DNA from: Chthonomonadales bacterium
GTDB taxonomy: Bacteria; Armatimonadota; Chthonomonadetes; Chthonomonadales; CAJBBX01
Assembly: GCA_049967475.1 (NCBI GenBank)
Contig: JBMFSQ010000003.1
Coordinates: 96,001 to 160,000 of the forward strand
Direction: 5' to 3'
DNA: 64,000 nt
Below the pieces are notes generated by a model. The model worked only from the letters and a program-made list of their open reading frames with translations, searched no databases and was not told where the DNA came from. Shown here piece by piece: positions 39,433 to 50,262 of the stretch (the stretch's first letter is position 1; every line of letters begins with the position of its first letter). The translations under genes and the position numbers were made by a program.

Positions 39433-42400
39433 GCGATATTTGCGCAAGCCCCATCTGCTGCTGTCCTTGGTGCTGGTGGCGGCCTTTGTAGGGCTGATCG
39501 GCTACCAACGGATACCGGTGAACCTCTTTCCTGACTCGGAGCGCCCTCAAATTGCAGTGGTGACGGTGTACCCTGGCGCGGCAGCGGCCGACGTGGAAGC
39601 AGAAGTGAGCCGCACCATCGAGAAAGAAGTGTCCACCATTGAATTGGTGCGCAAGGTCACCTCCGTTAGCCGAGATGAAGTGAGCTCGGTAAACATCGAG
39701 TTCGAATACGAGAAGGGGCTGGAACCGGCCGCCACAGATGTAGCAAATGCCCTCTCCAAAATCTCTGCGCAGCTTCCCAGAAGCATCCAGCCTCCGATGA
39801 TTTTCAAAGTGTCTTCGGCCACGCCCGCTGTCCTCACACTGGCGCTCCAGCCGAAGCCCGGAAGCCCGCTGACACTCGACATGGTACGGGAGTTGGCGGA
39901 TAACCGCATCAAGGAGTGGCTGCTCCAGGTCCCGAACGTGTCTAACGTAGAGGTCTTTGGTGGGCACCAGCCTGTCATCCGCGTAGACGTAGATCCGGAA
40001 CGATTGGATCGCTACGGGCTGACTGCGCAGAACGTACAAACCGCTCTGGCTGCGTTCAACAGCAATCAGCCCCTTGGCTTGGTAATCAACAGCAACTCAC
40101 AATACCTGTTGAAGCGCGCTGGAGAATTCGGCACGGTAGAGGATGCCCGCAACATCGTAGTGGCGCATCGGTCTGAAGGCGATGTGCACCTACGCGACGT
40201 GGCGAGGGTTACTCGGGGGATTCTGGAGCCTCAGAGCTCCTACCATGCCGACGGAGCGCCAGCCATAGCCATCAACATTGAACGGGCGCCTTCGGGCCAC
40301 GCGCTGGATACGTTCAACAGCGTCGTAGCGGTCCTTCCCCAATTGGAGCGGATGTTCCCCAGCATTGCCTTCAGTGTGCCCGACAACCAGGGGGATTTGA
40401 TCAAGCTCTCTGTAGGCAACATGCAGGATGCGCTGCGCGACGCAATTGTCATGACAGTGCTGGTGATCTTCCTCTTTCTTGCCGACATCCCCTTGATGCT
40501 GTTGGCAGCCGTCTCCATCCCTTTCACCTATCTGATCACCTTTGCCGTGATGTGGCTCATGGGTTCCGAGTTCAACCTCACCACGCTTACGGCTGTGATC
40601 GTGGCGGTGGGAATGCTGCTGGATGACGCAATCGTCGTGCTGGAAAACATCGAGCGCCACTACAAATCGTTGGGCAAGACGCCGTACGATGCTGCCGTGG
40701 GCGGCACCGAAGAGGTGATGCTGGCCATTTTCTCGGGCACCTACGCCACCGTCATGGTACTGCTCCCGATCATCTTCATCGGAGGGTATGTGCAGACGGT
40801 GCTGCAGCCGTTCGGCCTCACCTTGGTCATCGCCCTCCTGGCCTCTTATGTGGTGTCGGTAACGGTCATCCCTATTCTAGCGCCTGTGCTGCTGCGCTTC
40901 TCCCATGGACGCAGACCCAGCTTCATCGAACGATGGGTGCATCAGTTTGACGAGCGAGCCGTAGGGCCTCTGCGGGACGCATACGTACGTGCCGTGCAGG
41001 TGGCCGTGCGACGGCCTTGGATTTTTCTGCCCCCGGCCCTGCTCGCCCTGGTCGTGTCTCTCAGGCAAATGCCCCTGATCGGCCGGGATCTCATGTCTCC
41101 CATGGATACCGGTATCGTAAAGATCTCCATGCAGATGTTTGCCAACACGTCCCTCGCCGCCACGGACGCGGCCGTTGCGGAACTGGAGCGGCGCATCCGA
41201 AGTCATCCCGAGGTAACAAGCATCTCCACGTATATCGGATCCGAACCCGCCGTGATTTCGTTTGGGTCCGCCAGGACGGCGCAACAATGTGATATGACGG
41301 TGCACCTCATTGACCGCTTCCACCGGAAGAAAAACATCTGGCAGTTGGAGAATGAATTCCGCCAGGCGGGGCGCAGCATCCCGGGGATCCAATATCTGGA
41401 TGTGTTCGATTACGGGGCCACACCGCTTTCGACCATCAACGCACCCGTAGATGTAATGATCTCGGGACCCGATCTCAACGAGCTTCAGCGCATCGGCGAT
41501 GATGTAACTCGGCGCCTCGTGGCCAATGTGCAGGGCATCACCTCCATCAGAAGCTCTTGGCGCCTAGACAATAAGGAGATCGCTTTCCGCATCATTCCCG
41601 AAAGAGCAGCCCTTTATGGCGTGTCACCGGCTGCAGTGGCTGCCCAGGTCCAGGGCGCGGTTCGGGGCTTGCCTTCATCGGTTTTCCGCATCCCGAACGA
41701 GGACGGTATCTACCTTTGGGTGCAATATCCGAGCGCCGAGCGCGCGCAGGCATCGGATCTGCCGAATTACAGGATCCAAACCCCGATGGGCTCTGTTCCC
41801 CTTGCGTCGTTCGGGACGCTCACCACGCGAGTGTCGCCGGCCTTGATCACGCGGCAGGGGCTGCAGAGGACACTGGATATCAAAGCCTACCGGGCCCGGA
41901 TGCCCATCACCCACCTTCAGGAACAGGTAGAGCGTGCGCTGGAGGGGCTGCCGCTGCCGGCTGGGTATTCCATCTCTCACGAAGGGGAGGTGAAGCTGAT
42001 GCAGGAGTCCTTTGCGCGGCTGATCCTCTCCTTGGCACTGGGGATTGCGCTTTTGTATTTCTCGCTCGTACCGGCATTCAAATCGTGGCTGCATCCGCTG
42101 ACGATCCTGACGGCGATCCCTCTAGGGCTCATCGGCGCCGCTTGGGGGATGCTGATCGCAGGGTTGCACAGTTCGATGCCCTCGATGATGGGGATGATCC
42201 TGTTGGCAGGCATCGTAGTGAAGAACTCGATCTTGCTGATAGACTTCATCGAAGAAGCGCGGGCACGCGGCGAAAGTTTGGACGACGCGCTCGTCGGCAG
42301 CGTACGTATCCGGACGCGGCCCATTCTGATGACCGCGGTGGGAACCGCAGTGGGCATGATCCCTATTGCTTTAGGTTGGGCCATCGGATTGGAGAGGCTA

Positions 42401-42556
42401 GCCGGGCTCGCCGTGGTGGCGATCTTTGGCCTTCTGGTGTCCACAGTCCTGACGCTCATCTACGTGCCGATCTTCTATAAGTTGCTGGATGCCGGTGCGG
42501 CTGCGCTTCGGCGAGCCGTGCAAGTTCCGCGCCAATCTCAACATCCTGCTCCTTAG
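39419..42556 (+). CDS. RND efflux permease (AcrB/AcrD/AcrF family)
   Basis: GMLLDDAIVVLENI (TM4 DD), GIVVKNSILLIDF, RTRPILMT; about 12 TM; ATG 39419 after GGAGG. Confidence 0.95.
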   Translation: MRFVERYLRKPHLLLSLVLVAAFVGLIGYQRIPVNLFPDSERPQIAVVTVYPGAAAADVEAEVSRTIEKEVSTIELVRKVTSVSRDEVSSVNIEFEYEKGLEPAATDVANALSKISAQLPRSIQPPMIFKVSSATPAVLTLALQPKPGSPLTLDMVRELADNRIKEWLLQVPNVSNVEVFGGHQPVIRVDVDPERLDRYGLTAQNVQTALAAFNSNQPLGLVINSNSQYLLKRAGEFGTVEDARNIVVAHRSEGDVHLRDVARVTRGILEPQSSYHADGAPAIAINIERAPSGHALDTFNSVVAVLPQLERMFPSIAFSVPDNQGDLIKLSVGNMQDALRDAIVMTVLVIFLFLADIPLMLLAAVSIPFTYLITFAVMWLMGSEFNLTTLTAVIVAVGMLLDDAIVVLENIERHYKSLGKTPYDAAVGGTEEVMLAIFSGTYATVMVLLPIIFIGGYVQTVLQPFGLTLVIALLASYVVSVTVIPILAPVLLRFSHGRRPSFIERWVHQFDERAVGPLRDAYVRAVQVAVRRPWIFLPPALLALVVSLRQMPLIGRDLMSPMDTGIVKISMQMFANTSLAATDAAVAELERRIRSHPEVTSISTYIGSEPAVISFGSARTAQQCDMTVHLIDRFHRKKNIWQLENEFRQAGRSIPGIQYLDVFDYGATPLSTINAPVDVMISGPDLNELQRIGDDVTRRLVANVQGITSIRSSWRLDNKEIAFRIIPERAALYGVSPAAVAAQVQGAVRGLPSSVFRIPNEDGIYLWVQYPSAERAQASDLPNYRIQTPMGSVPLASFGTLTTRVSPALITRQGLQRTLDIKAYRARMPITHLQEQVERALEGLPLPAGYSISHEGEVKLMQESFARLILSLALGIALLYFSLVPAFKSWLHPLTILTAIPLGLIGAAWGMLIAGLHSSMPSMMGMILLAGIVVKNSILLIDFIEEARARGESLDDALVGSVRIRTRPILMTAVGTAVGMIPIALGWAIGLERLAGLAVVAIFGLLVSTVLTLIYVPIFYKLLDAGAAALRRAVQVPRQSQHPAP

Positions 42557-42595
42557 CAGGAGCGGCTGCAGGGCGTCGGACTGACTGATGGAAGG

Positions 42596-42637
42596 GAGGC
42601 GGTCGAGCCGCATGATGGCCCGGCCGCCTCTTTTGTT
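42596..42637 (+). terminator. Rho-independent terminator
   Basis: GAGGCGGTCGAGCC-loop-GGCCCGGCCGCCTC followed by TTTTGTT. Confidence 0.75.
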
Positions 42638-42750
42638 GCGTTCCGCACACGCTTTATGGCAGGAGAGCCCGCACTCTACGGCGAAACGCCCCTTTCAGCC
42701 GACGGTTCGAGACGACAACACGCTTGGGGCCGGGTCGTGAGGAGGGGAAT

Positions 42751-44814
42751 GTGCGCCATCGTATACGGGTTGCATTTGGTTTATGGATTTGCCTAGGCGC
42801 TGCAATCAATGGGCCGCTGCAGGCGGAGCCTTCCAGGGGCCACCGTGCCGTGATTTATCGGGACGGCTTTGGAGTTCCTTCCATTCAGGCAAACCGATTG
42901 GAGGATGCGGTTTACGCGCTTGGGTATGTTACGGGGACGGATTGCCCCGAGCGCATGTGCCTCAACTACAAACAGGCAAGGGGACGGATGGCGGAGGTGC
43001 AAGGGCGCCAGGCTCTCTTGGGCGACACGTTCATTCGATCGCTGGGAATGGAGGAGGCCGCGCAGGCGCAAGTTCGGCGGCTCGCTCCATATCAGCGGCA
43101 ACTCATCAACGCCTTCTGCCAGGGCGCCAACCGGGCAATCGCAGAACGTAAGAGTCAACTTCCTGCCTGGATCCAGCCTGTGACACCCGCAGACGTGTTG
43201 GCCCTCGCACAGTTCGTAAACTCAGCCTTCCCCCTGCTGAGCATCGCACAATCTCTGCTGCCCGGCTTCGGCTCAAACCAGTTTGCCATCGCAGCCCGGC
43301 GCACAGCGGACGGCCACGCGATTGTGTCCATGGATCCTCACCTTACGTGGGACGGGCCCCTCGTATGGTATGAATTTGCGTTTTATTCGCCGGGTCTCAA
43401 TTTCCGCGGCGTAACCATTCCTGGCTTGCCCTTCGGAGTGATGGGCCACACAGATCGGGTTGCCTGGTGTATGACCAACAACGATCCCTCACTCTTTGCC
43501 CTCTACCAGGTGCGGGTGAACCCGGCGAACCCGCACCAATATAACGCCTATGGAAAGTGGCGCAATTTCGAAGAGGTGCCCATCGAGCTTCGATACCGGG
43601 AAGGATCCACGCTGCGCACGGTGCGGCAGATGGTTCGGAAGACGATTTGGGGGCCGCTTGCTCCCTTCACATCCACGGCCGTGGACCTGACCACGGTAGG
43701 GCATTGGGGCATGCTGGATGAAGCGCTGGACATGGCTCGCGCCCACGATGCCCGTGACTTTCGGAAGGCTCTGAAGAAGTTGGGCATCTCCATGTGGAAC
43801 ATCGTGTACGCGGACATTCACGGTACCATCGGGTATCAGTACAATGCCCGCGTGCCGCGCCGGGACGCCAGTTTCGATTGGCGCAAATCCGTTCCAGGGG
43901 AAGATCCCCGCACGCGGCTCGGCGCGCCCTGGCCATTGGACGACCTGCCGCATGTGGAAAATCCGGCGTCCGGATTGTTGGTGAATTGCAATTCTGCTCC
44001 ATGGCTTACGCCTCTGGGAGATGAACTGAGGGCCGGTAGCTGGCCGGCCTATGTTACCTCCAGCGGACGGACCACGCGCTACGATCGCCTTGCTGCGCTC
44101 CTTAAAGGGTTGGACCACACCGTCACACCTCAAAAGGCCATGACCATTGCCACGGACACGCTGGTGCCCTATGCGCGTGAAACCGCGGCGGCATTGGAGG
44201 CGGCGTTCGGCCGCTTTGGGGCCGACGGCAACCCGGATCTCGCCGGTGGGATAAGCATACTTCGGGGCTGGAACGGAAGGGCGGATATCGCTTCCGAAGG
44301 ATGTGGCCTGTATTTTTACTGGCTCAACTCGGGCACGGATGTGGTGGCTCTTTCCCAAAAAGCCGGGCGCGGGGAGGATTGGTCTGCGGACGAAAGTCGC
44401 GAGGCGCTGCGCGCCTTGGGGCAAGCCGTACGGCGCATGAAGGCGGATCACGGGCGTCTGGACGTCCCGTGGGGCGAAATGCACTACTCATTGCGGGACG
44501 GCCATCGTGCGCCTGTGAGCGGCTTTCAATATGGACCGATCGTAGCCGTGGTGCCCAATACCGGTCCGTTTCGCAACGGGAATATCGAGTGCAACGTCGG
44601 ATCGAGCTTCCGCATGATTGTAGATCTGGATCCCAAAGGGGTGCGGTCCTGGGCGATCCTTCCCTATGGAGAGGTCCAAGATCCTAAGAGCCCGCACTTT
44701 GCAGACCAACAGGTTCTCTTTGGGCGGGGCGGGTACAAGGATACGCTGTTCGGGCTGGAGAGGATCCGGCGGGGTGCAGCGTCAACAATGCAATTGGTGT
44801 GGGGCGCCCATTGA
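42751..44814 (+). CDS. Penicillin acylase / AHL-acylase family Ntn hydrolase
   Basis: IYRDGFGVPSI, GSNQFAI (beta-subunit Ser), DPHLTW, WCMTNN, NCNSAPW, SPHFADQ; signal peptide; GTG start after GGAGG. Confidence 0.9.
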   Translation: MRHRIRVAFGLWICLGAAINGPLQAEPSRGHRAVIYRDGFGVPSIQANRLEDAVYALGYVTGTDCPERMCLNYKQARGRMAEVQGRQALLGDTFIRSLGMEEAAQAQVRRLAPYQRQLINAFCQGANRAIAERKSQLPAWIQPVTPADVLALAQFVNSAFPLLSIAQSLLPGFGSNQFAIAARRTADGHAIVSMDPHLTWDGPLVWYEFAFYSPGLNFRGVTIPGLPFGVMGHTDRVAWCMTNNDPSLFALYQVRVNPANPHQYNAYGKWRNFEEVPIELRYREGSTLRTVRQMVRKTIWGPLAPFTSTAVDLTTVGHWGMLDEALDMARAHDARDFRKALKKLGISMWNIVYADIHGTIGYQYNARVPRRDASFDWRKSVPGEDPRTRLGAPWPLDDLPHVENPASGLLVNCNSAPWLTPLGDELRAGSWPAYVTSSGRTTRYDRLAALLKGLDHTVTPQKAMTIATDTLVPYARETAAALEAAFGRFGADGNPDLAGGISILRGWNGRADIASEGCGLYFYWLNSGTDVVALSQKAGRGEDWSADESREALRALGQAVRRMKADHGRLDVPWGEMHYSLRDGHRAPVSGFQYGPIVAVVPNTGPFRNGNIECNVGSSFRMIVDLDPKGVRSWAILPYGEVQDPKSPHFADQQVLFGRGGYKDTLFGLERIRRGAASTMQLVWGAH

Positions 44815-44915
44815 CACACACGGATGTTTGCATCCGTGGCTTGGCAAAAGGCCACCCGCCGGCTGCCGATGCCTAACCTCAACGCATCGGGAGATGCCGG
44901 AAGGTATTGGGTGGG

Positions 44916-44960
44916 CAAAAGCGTCGGGCGCCTCCAGCTTGTTGCACCGAGAGGCGCCCG
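44916..44960 (-). terminator. Hairpin terminator downstream of clpC, between convergent genes
   Basis: Perfect 10-bp inverted repeat CGGGCGCCTC/GAGGCGCCCG, followed by ..GCTTTTG on the minus strand. Confidence 0.6.
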
Positions 44961-44981
44961 GGTTAGCGGTCCGTACGAACT

Positions 44982-47477
44982 CTAGCCTACGCCTGCGGGT
45001 TCTTCAACAGGAGGCGGCGCCTCCGACGGTTCCTCGCGGACGAACACGATATCCCCGTCCTTCACCTCAGCGCGAATGATGTCGCCGGCCTGGAAGGCGC
45101 CCAGAAGAAGCTGCTCCGCCAGGGGGTCCTCGATCATGCGTTGGACGGCACGGCGCAAGGGTCTTGCCCCAAATTGGGGATCGAAGCCCTCTTTGGCCAA
45201 GATATTCTTGGCTTCGTCCGTAACTTTCAGCTCCATCCCCTGTTGGCGCACTTGATGGGCCACCCGATCCAGCATGAGGTCTACAATCTGAAGGATCTCT
45301 CCGCTTGTAAGGGCATGGAAGACGATGGTTTCGTCTATACGGTTGAGGAACTCAGGCCGGAAGACCTTCTTCATCTCTTCCATGACCTTGCCCTTCATGG
45401 CATCATAGGAGCGGGCATCTTCGTCCACCTTTTGAGGTGTGCGCAGTCCGATGCCGGGCTCGCGGTGGATCATCCGGGCTCCGATGTTGGAGGTCATGAT
45501 GATCACGGTGTTCTTGAAGTCAATCACCCTTCCCTGGCTGTCGGTTAAGCGGCCGTCTTCGGCAACCTGAAGCAGGATGTTGAAGACCTCCGGATGAGCC
45601 TTTTCGATCTCGTCCAGCAGAACCACGGAGTACGGGTTGCGCCGCACGGCCTCGGTAAGCTGGCCTCCCTCTTCGTACCCTACGTAACCTGGGGGTGCGC
45701 CAACGAGCCGGCTTACCGCGAAGCGTTCCATGTACTCCGACATGTCAATGCGGATGAGGTTGTTTTCGTTATCGAATAGGAACGCCGCCAGCGCTCGCGC
45801 CAACTCGGTTTTGCCTACGCCGGTTGGTCCCAGGAAGATGAACGTGCCCATGGGACGTTTCGGATCCTTCATGCCGCTGCGGGCACGTCGCACGGCTTTG
45901 GATACGGCCACGATGGCTTCGTGTTGGCCGATGATGCGCTTGTGGAGCTCCTCTTCCATGCGGAGAAGCTTCTGCGTTTCGGCCTCAACGAGGCGGCTCA
46001 CGGGGATGCCGGTCCAGCTTTGGACGATGTTGGCAATCTCGTCCTCGCCCACCACGCGCTTCAGCTCTTCGCGGTGGTTCTTCCATTCCAGCTCCATTTC
46101 GTCAATGGATGCCTTGAGTTTGCGCTCTCGGTTCTCCAGCTCATAGGCCTTTTCATACTGGTTGTTCCGGGATACGGTTTGGAGTTCCTTTTGTACTTGG
46201 AGCAGCTCGGCCTTGGCGCGCCGCAATTCCGCGGGAGGCAAGGCGTACTGCAGGCGCACGCGCGAGGCTGCTTCGTCTATAAGGTCTATGGCCTTATCCG
46301 GGAGGAAGCGATCGGTGATGTAGCGGTTGGCCAGTCGAGCGGCGGCCACAAGGGCCTCATCTGTGATCTGGACCTTGTGGTGCTGCTCGTATCGGTCGCG
46401 CAGTCCCTTGAGGATCTCGATGCATTCTTCCTCGGAAGGCTCGGCAACTTTGATGGGCTGGAACCGCCGTTGGAGGGCCGCATCCCGCTCGATATACTTG
46501 CGGAATTCATCCATAGTGGTGGCGCCGATGCACTGGAGTTCTCCGCGCGCGAGGGCGGGCTTCATGATGTTGGATGCGTCAATGGCGCCTTCGGCGGCTC
46601 CTGCACCAACGAGCGTATGAAGTTCGTCTATGAAGAGGATCACCTCGCCGGCGGCTTTGCGCACTTCTTCCATGACGCGCTTCATGCGCTCTTCGAATTC
46701 GCCGCGGTACTTTGTGCCGGCTACGAGCCCTGCCAAGTCCAAGGACACGATGCGCCGGTCTCGCAGCATCTCGGGCACATCACCCGACACGATGCGTTGA
46801 GCGAGCCCTTCTGCGATTGCGGTCTTTCCTACGCCGGGTTCTCCGAGGAGGCAAGGATTGTTCTTCGTGCGCCTCGAGAGGATCTGGATGACGCGCTCGA
46901 TTTCGGTATTCCGGCCCACCACAGGGTCCAGCTTATCGTTGCGCGCCAGCTCCGTTAGGTCTCGGCCGAATTCGTCGAGTGTGGGGGTGCGGGACCGATG
47001 CTGGCGAGCAGACGAGGATCCGGAGCTGCTTCCTGTGGTGGCATCGGTGTCCTGCAAGGCCATCACTTCGCGGCGCGTGCGCTCGAGATCTACACCAAGT
47101 TTCGCCAAGACACGGCCTGCCAGTCCTTCGCCTTCGCGGATCAGGCCAAGCAGAAGGTGCTCCGTTCCGATGTAATTGTTGTTGAGTTGCCTTGCCTCAT
47201 CATAGGCGAGGTCAATCACGCGCTTGGCCCTTGGGGTAAGCTGCATATCTTGGCCAAGGCGGCCGTCCCCGCGTGTAACCTGGCGCTCAATCTCAGAGCG
47301 GATCCTGCCGAGGCTCACGCCCATACGGTCCAGGATGCGTGCAGCGACACTATCATTCTCACGCACAAGGCCCAGCAGAAGGTGTTCCGTACTCACATAG
47401 TTCTCGCCGAGCCTGCCGGCCTCTTCCTGGGCGAAGAACACAACGCGCCGCGCCCGCTCTGTAAATCTCTGCCACAT
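44982..47477 (-). CDS. clpC: ATP-dependent Clp protease ATPase ClpC
   Basis: Double Clp-N repeats, [14 protein letters not shown], short M-domain, [11 protein letters not shown] tripeptide in the ClpP-docking loop. Confidence 0.97.
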   Translation of the reverse strand: MWQRFTERARRVVFFAQEEAGRLGENYVSTEHLLLGLVRENDSVAARILDRMGVSLGRIRSEIERQVTRGDGRLGQDMQLTPRAKRVIDLAYDEARQLNNNYIGTEHLLLGLIREGEGLAGRVLAKLGVDLERTRREVMALQDTDATTGSSSGSSSARQHRSRTPTLDEFGRDLTELARNDKLDPVVGRNTEIERVIQILSRRTKNNPCLLGEPGVGKTAIAEGLAQRIVSGDVPEMLRDRRIVSLDLAGLVAGTKYRGEFEERMKRVMEEVRKAAGEVILFIDELHTLVGAGAAEGAIDASNIMKPALARGELQCIGATTMDEFRKYIERDAALQRRFQPIKVAEPSEEECIEILKGLRDRYEQHHKVQITDEALVAAARLANRYITDRFLPDKAIDLIDEAASRVRLQYALPPAELRRAKAELLQVQKELQTVSRNNQYEKAYELENRERKLKASIDEMELEWKNHREELKRVVGEDEIANIVQSWTGIPVSRLVEAETQKLLRMEEELHKRIIGQHEAIVAVSKAVRRARSGMKDPKRPMGTFIFLGPTGVGKTELARALAAFLFDNENNLIRIDMSEYMERFAVSRLVGAPPGYVGYEEGGQLTEAVRRNPYSVVLLDEIEKAHPEVFNILLQVAEDGRLTDSQGRVIDFKNTVIIMTSNIGARMIHREPGIGLRTPQKVDEDARSYDAMKGKVMEEMKKVFRPEFLNRIDETIVFHALTSGEILQIVDLMLDRVAHQVRQQGMELKVTDEAKNILAKEGFDPQFGARPLRRAVQRMIEDPLAEQLLLGAFQAGDIIRAEVKDGDIVFVREEPSEAPPPVEEPAGVG

Positions 47478-47584
47478 GGATTTCGGTTCCTCCTCTGCAC
47501 GCCGCCGTCACCGAGGGCTCGCCGTCAAGCGCCAACCCTGATGCCGCATGCGGCCGCGTGCAGAATACTGCGCACGTGCCAATC

Positions 47585-47614
47585 GTATTATGTACCCGAA
47601 GCTGGCTGGATCAA
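47585..47614 (-). promoter_or_regulatory. Possible internal promoter of clpC
   Basis: TTGATC-N16-CATAAT in the mcsB-clpC gap. Confidence 0.4.
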
Positions 47615-47681
47615 CACCCCCTCGTCTACGGGTATGCTCGTGCAATGCGCCGCCTGTGAAGACATCGCTGGGCGATCTCGT

Positions 47682-48791
47682 TCACATATCTGTTCTACCA
47701 GATAATCCGGCGTTTGTGGTAGGCAAAGTTCCCCTTTCGCGTGCACGCATTCTCGCCCGCAGTGCGGCGCCATACCGTATGGCGTCGAAGCGCTCGGCAG
47801 CAGTCTCGGCGGGGCTGCCCGCGGGGATGCTCAAACCTGCTGCGGCAATCGCCAGCCACTCCTCAACTTCCCGCCGGTCCACCGAGATAACGCCTTCAAA
47901 TGCGGCCAGCCGCAACAAGGAAGCAATCCAGAGCAATTCCGCCGTGGACACCGAACCTTCAAAGAGAAGCTCGAGGGCTTGTTTCGCCTGGTCGGCCAAG
48001 TCCCGCTTCGCAGCGCGGCCGTGGTAGAGCTCCATGCGGGCTCTGCGCTCCGCTTCCACAAGGTATGCAGCGGTGGCGCTGACCCTTGCCGCCCACCGTT
48101 CCACACTGGAACCATGCGAAGTCCCGTTGCTTATCTGGTAGAGTGCACCGATGGGGCGACTGTTCTCTCCGTACACCCCGCGCACTGCCGAACCGAGGTC
48201 TCGAGCAGCCCGTAAGGTTTGTGCTAACGTTCCCATCTGGGTGAGACCCATCAGTTGGACCAATACGCTCAAGCGCATTCCTGTACCTGCGTTGGCTGGA
48301 GAGGCCGTCAAGTACCCTATGCCTTCCTTCCATGCAAATCTGAGCGACTGTGACAGGCGCTTGAGTTCGAACTGGGCGACGTCCAGGCACTGGTCCCCCT
48401 GGAGCCCCGGCAGCAGCGTTTGCAACCGTACATGGTCCTCCTCATTGATGAGAAGGGATGTTGCCCCGTCCGAACCGATGATGAGGTAGCTCTCCAGCGT
48501 GGAGTTGCTCCAATCCGCGGTGGCATACCTCATAGTGACGAGCTCAGCCCTTTGTTCCGGAGTGGTCTGCCGTACAGCCACGTGGATGCCTTCTGAAATC
48601 GCGCCGGGCCCCAAGCTCGCTGCTTCAACGACAGCCTGAGCGATCCTCCGCAGTTGATACTCGGTACAGCGCCATGGAAACGGAAATCCATCCAGATTCC
48701 TTGCCAGCCGGCATCGGGAAGACACAACGACGTCGTCGCTGGGACCGCGATCCTTCAACCAGAGGGGTGCAGGCACTTGAGGAAGTACCAT
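47682..48791 (-). CDS. mcsB: Protein-arginine kinase McsB-like (ATP:guanido phosphotransferase), divergent
   Basis: SSRCRLARNL, INEEDHVRLQ, GYLTASPANAGTGMR, VRGVYGE, YQISN; directly upstream of clpC. Confidence 0.88.
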   Translation of the reverse strand: MVLPQVPAPLWLKDRGPSDDVVVSSRCRLARNLDGFPFPWRCTEYQLRRIAQAVVEAASLGPGAISEGIHVAVRQTTPEQRAELVTMRYATADWSNSTLESYLIIGSDGATSLLINEEDHVRLQTLLPGLQGDQCLDVAQFELKRLSQSLRFAWKEGIGYLTASPANAGTGMRLSVLVQLMGLTQMGTLAQTLRAARDLGSAVRGVYGENSRPIGALYQISNGTSHGSSVERWAARVSATAAYLVEAERRARMELYHGRAAKRDLADQAKQALELLFEGSVSTAELLWIASLLRLAAFEGVISVDRREVEEWLAIAAAGLSIPAGSPAETAAERFDAIRYGAALRARMRARERGTLPTTNAGLSGRTDM

Positions 48792-48911
48792 GGCGCTAAA
48801 TATCCGGTTCCATTTCGCTCACAGACCGCTGAGCGCAGGCGGCCGACGACCGCGGTGTCCGGTTGCGAAGGTGTGCGCATACGTCTCCGCGCCCTGAAGG
48901 CCGCAAAGATC

Positions 48912-49250
48912 TCATTCTGTAAGCGGCAGGACGATGTTGAATGCAGAATAGCATTCCGGGCAGCCCAGCAATCGAGACGTGAAGGCTGCTTCCCAGGTGA
49001 GGCCGCAGGCGGGGCACATGTTCCGGCGCGCGCGGTTGTCCGCCAACCGGGCCCCTGACACGGCGGCGCCTTCCCCGGATGCCTCGGGAGCCCACGCGTT
49101 AAGGAAGCGGATCACTTCGGCGCTCACGCCCTTCCTCGCCAGAACCGCAGGCAGGCACCGATAGCAGACGTCCACCGGCGCACCGCTGTCGGTTACGCGC
49201 CAGGCCGCCAACCAAGAGCAGAACGTGCATACGGCTGAAACCGTGGCCAC
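48912..49250 (-). CDS. mcsA: McsA-like zinc-finger protein lacking a UVR domain (may extend to 48819 through a TGA)
   Basis: Four CxxC motifs including CPACGLTW....RLLGCPECYSAF; located upstream of mcsB. Confidence 0.75.
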   Translation of the reverse strand: MATVSAVCTFCSWLAAWRVTDSGAPVDVCYRCLPAVLARKGVSAEVIRFLNAWAPEASGEGAAVSGARLADNRARRNMCPACGLTWEAAFTSRLLGCPECYSAFNIVLPLTE

Positions 49251-50125
49251 TAGACCTGCACCCCTTGCGTTTGCGTTGCCGATCGGAATGCTTCGATAAG
49301 GCGGTTCGTGACGGGCCCGGGCTTACCGCGACCGATCGGCCGGCCGTCCAAGCGAACCATGGGGATCACTTCTGCCGCTGTGCCGGTGAGGAAGGCCTCG
49401 TCGGCGTTGTAGCAGTCGAAGAGGGTCACGACGGTCTCTCGGACAGGAATGGAAAGCTGAGCTGCACATTCGATGACTGTGGCCCGGGTGATGCCGGGCA
49501 ACGCGCCCTGGCTTGTTGGAGGCGTAATGAGTTCTCCGCCGATCACGAGGAACACGTTATCGCCTGTAGCCTCGGCTACGTTTCCTTCCATGTTCAGCAT
49601 GAGAGCTTCCCCAGCCCCTACACGGTTGGCCTCCATTTTGGCAAGGATGTTGTTGATGTACCGTCCCAACGACTTGATCTGGGGATCAATGCACACGGCT
49701 GGGGGAACGCGCGTGGAGGCAGTGATGACGTCCAATCCGTTGTCATACATGGAGGCCGGATAGAGCCGGAGCTGTTCCGTAGACACCACCACCGTGCTCG
49801 TGCAGTCAATGTGGCTGGGATCGAGACCCAGGCCGATGCCCCTGGACACGCTTACGCGGATGTATCCCGACGCCATTCCATTGGCCCGTACGGTGTCAAC
49901 GATTGCCTTCTGCATCTGGGGAAGAGGCATGCGGATCGTTAGGGCCAGCGCATGGGCCGACCGGTACAGGCGGGCGAGGTGCTCTTCCAGTTTGAAGATG
50001 CGGCCGTTGTAGACCCGTATGCCTTCGAATACGCCGTCTCCGTAAAGGAAGCCATGATCGTATATGGAAACGGCGGCTTGTTCCTTAGGAATGAGAGTGT
50101 CATTTAGGAATACCTGTTCGGGCAT
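49250..50125 (-). CDS. ilvE: Branched-chain amino acid aminotransferase
   Basis: DHGFLYGDGVFEGIR, IKSL, EATGDNVF, LPGITR, ADEAFLTGTAAEV. Confidence 0.95.
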   Translation of the reverse strand: MPEQVFLNDTLIPKEQAAVSIYDHGFLYGDGVFEGIRVYNGRIFKLEEHLARLYRSAHALALTIRMPLPQMQKAIVDTVRANGMASGYIRVSVSRGIGLGLDPSHIDCTSTVVVSTEQLRLYPASMYDNGLDVITASTRVPPAVCIDPQIKSLGRYINNILAKMEANRVGAGEALMLNMEGNVAEATGDNVFLVIGGELITPPTSQGALPGITRATVIECAAQLSIPVRETVVTLFDCYNADEAFLTGTAAEVIPMVRLDGRPIGRGKPGPVTNRLIEAFRSATQTQGVQV

Positions 50126-50262
50126 AGAGCCTCCTTCCCTGGGCCGGATGCGCGGGCCCCGTAGCGATTATAGCCTAGCCGCAAAGTTCCTGCTCCGATG
50201 ATCCGATGGGCGTGTGAGAGCGGCCGCAAGAAGCACTTTGTAGGCCACAGGCGCGCCCATCA

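Noticed and set aside
48792..48821. mcsA and mcsB are in the same frame, suggesting a fusion
   Set aside because: Would need readthrough of two TGAs; the second has no supporting motif or hairpin
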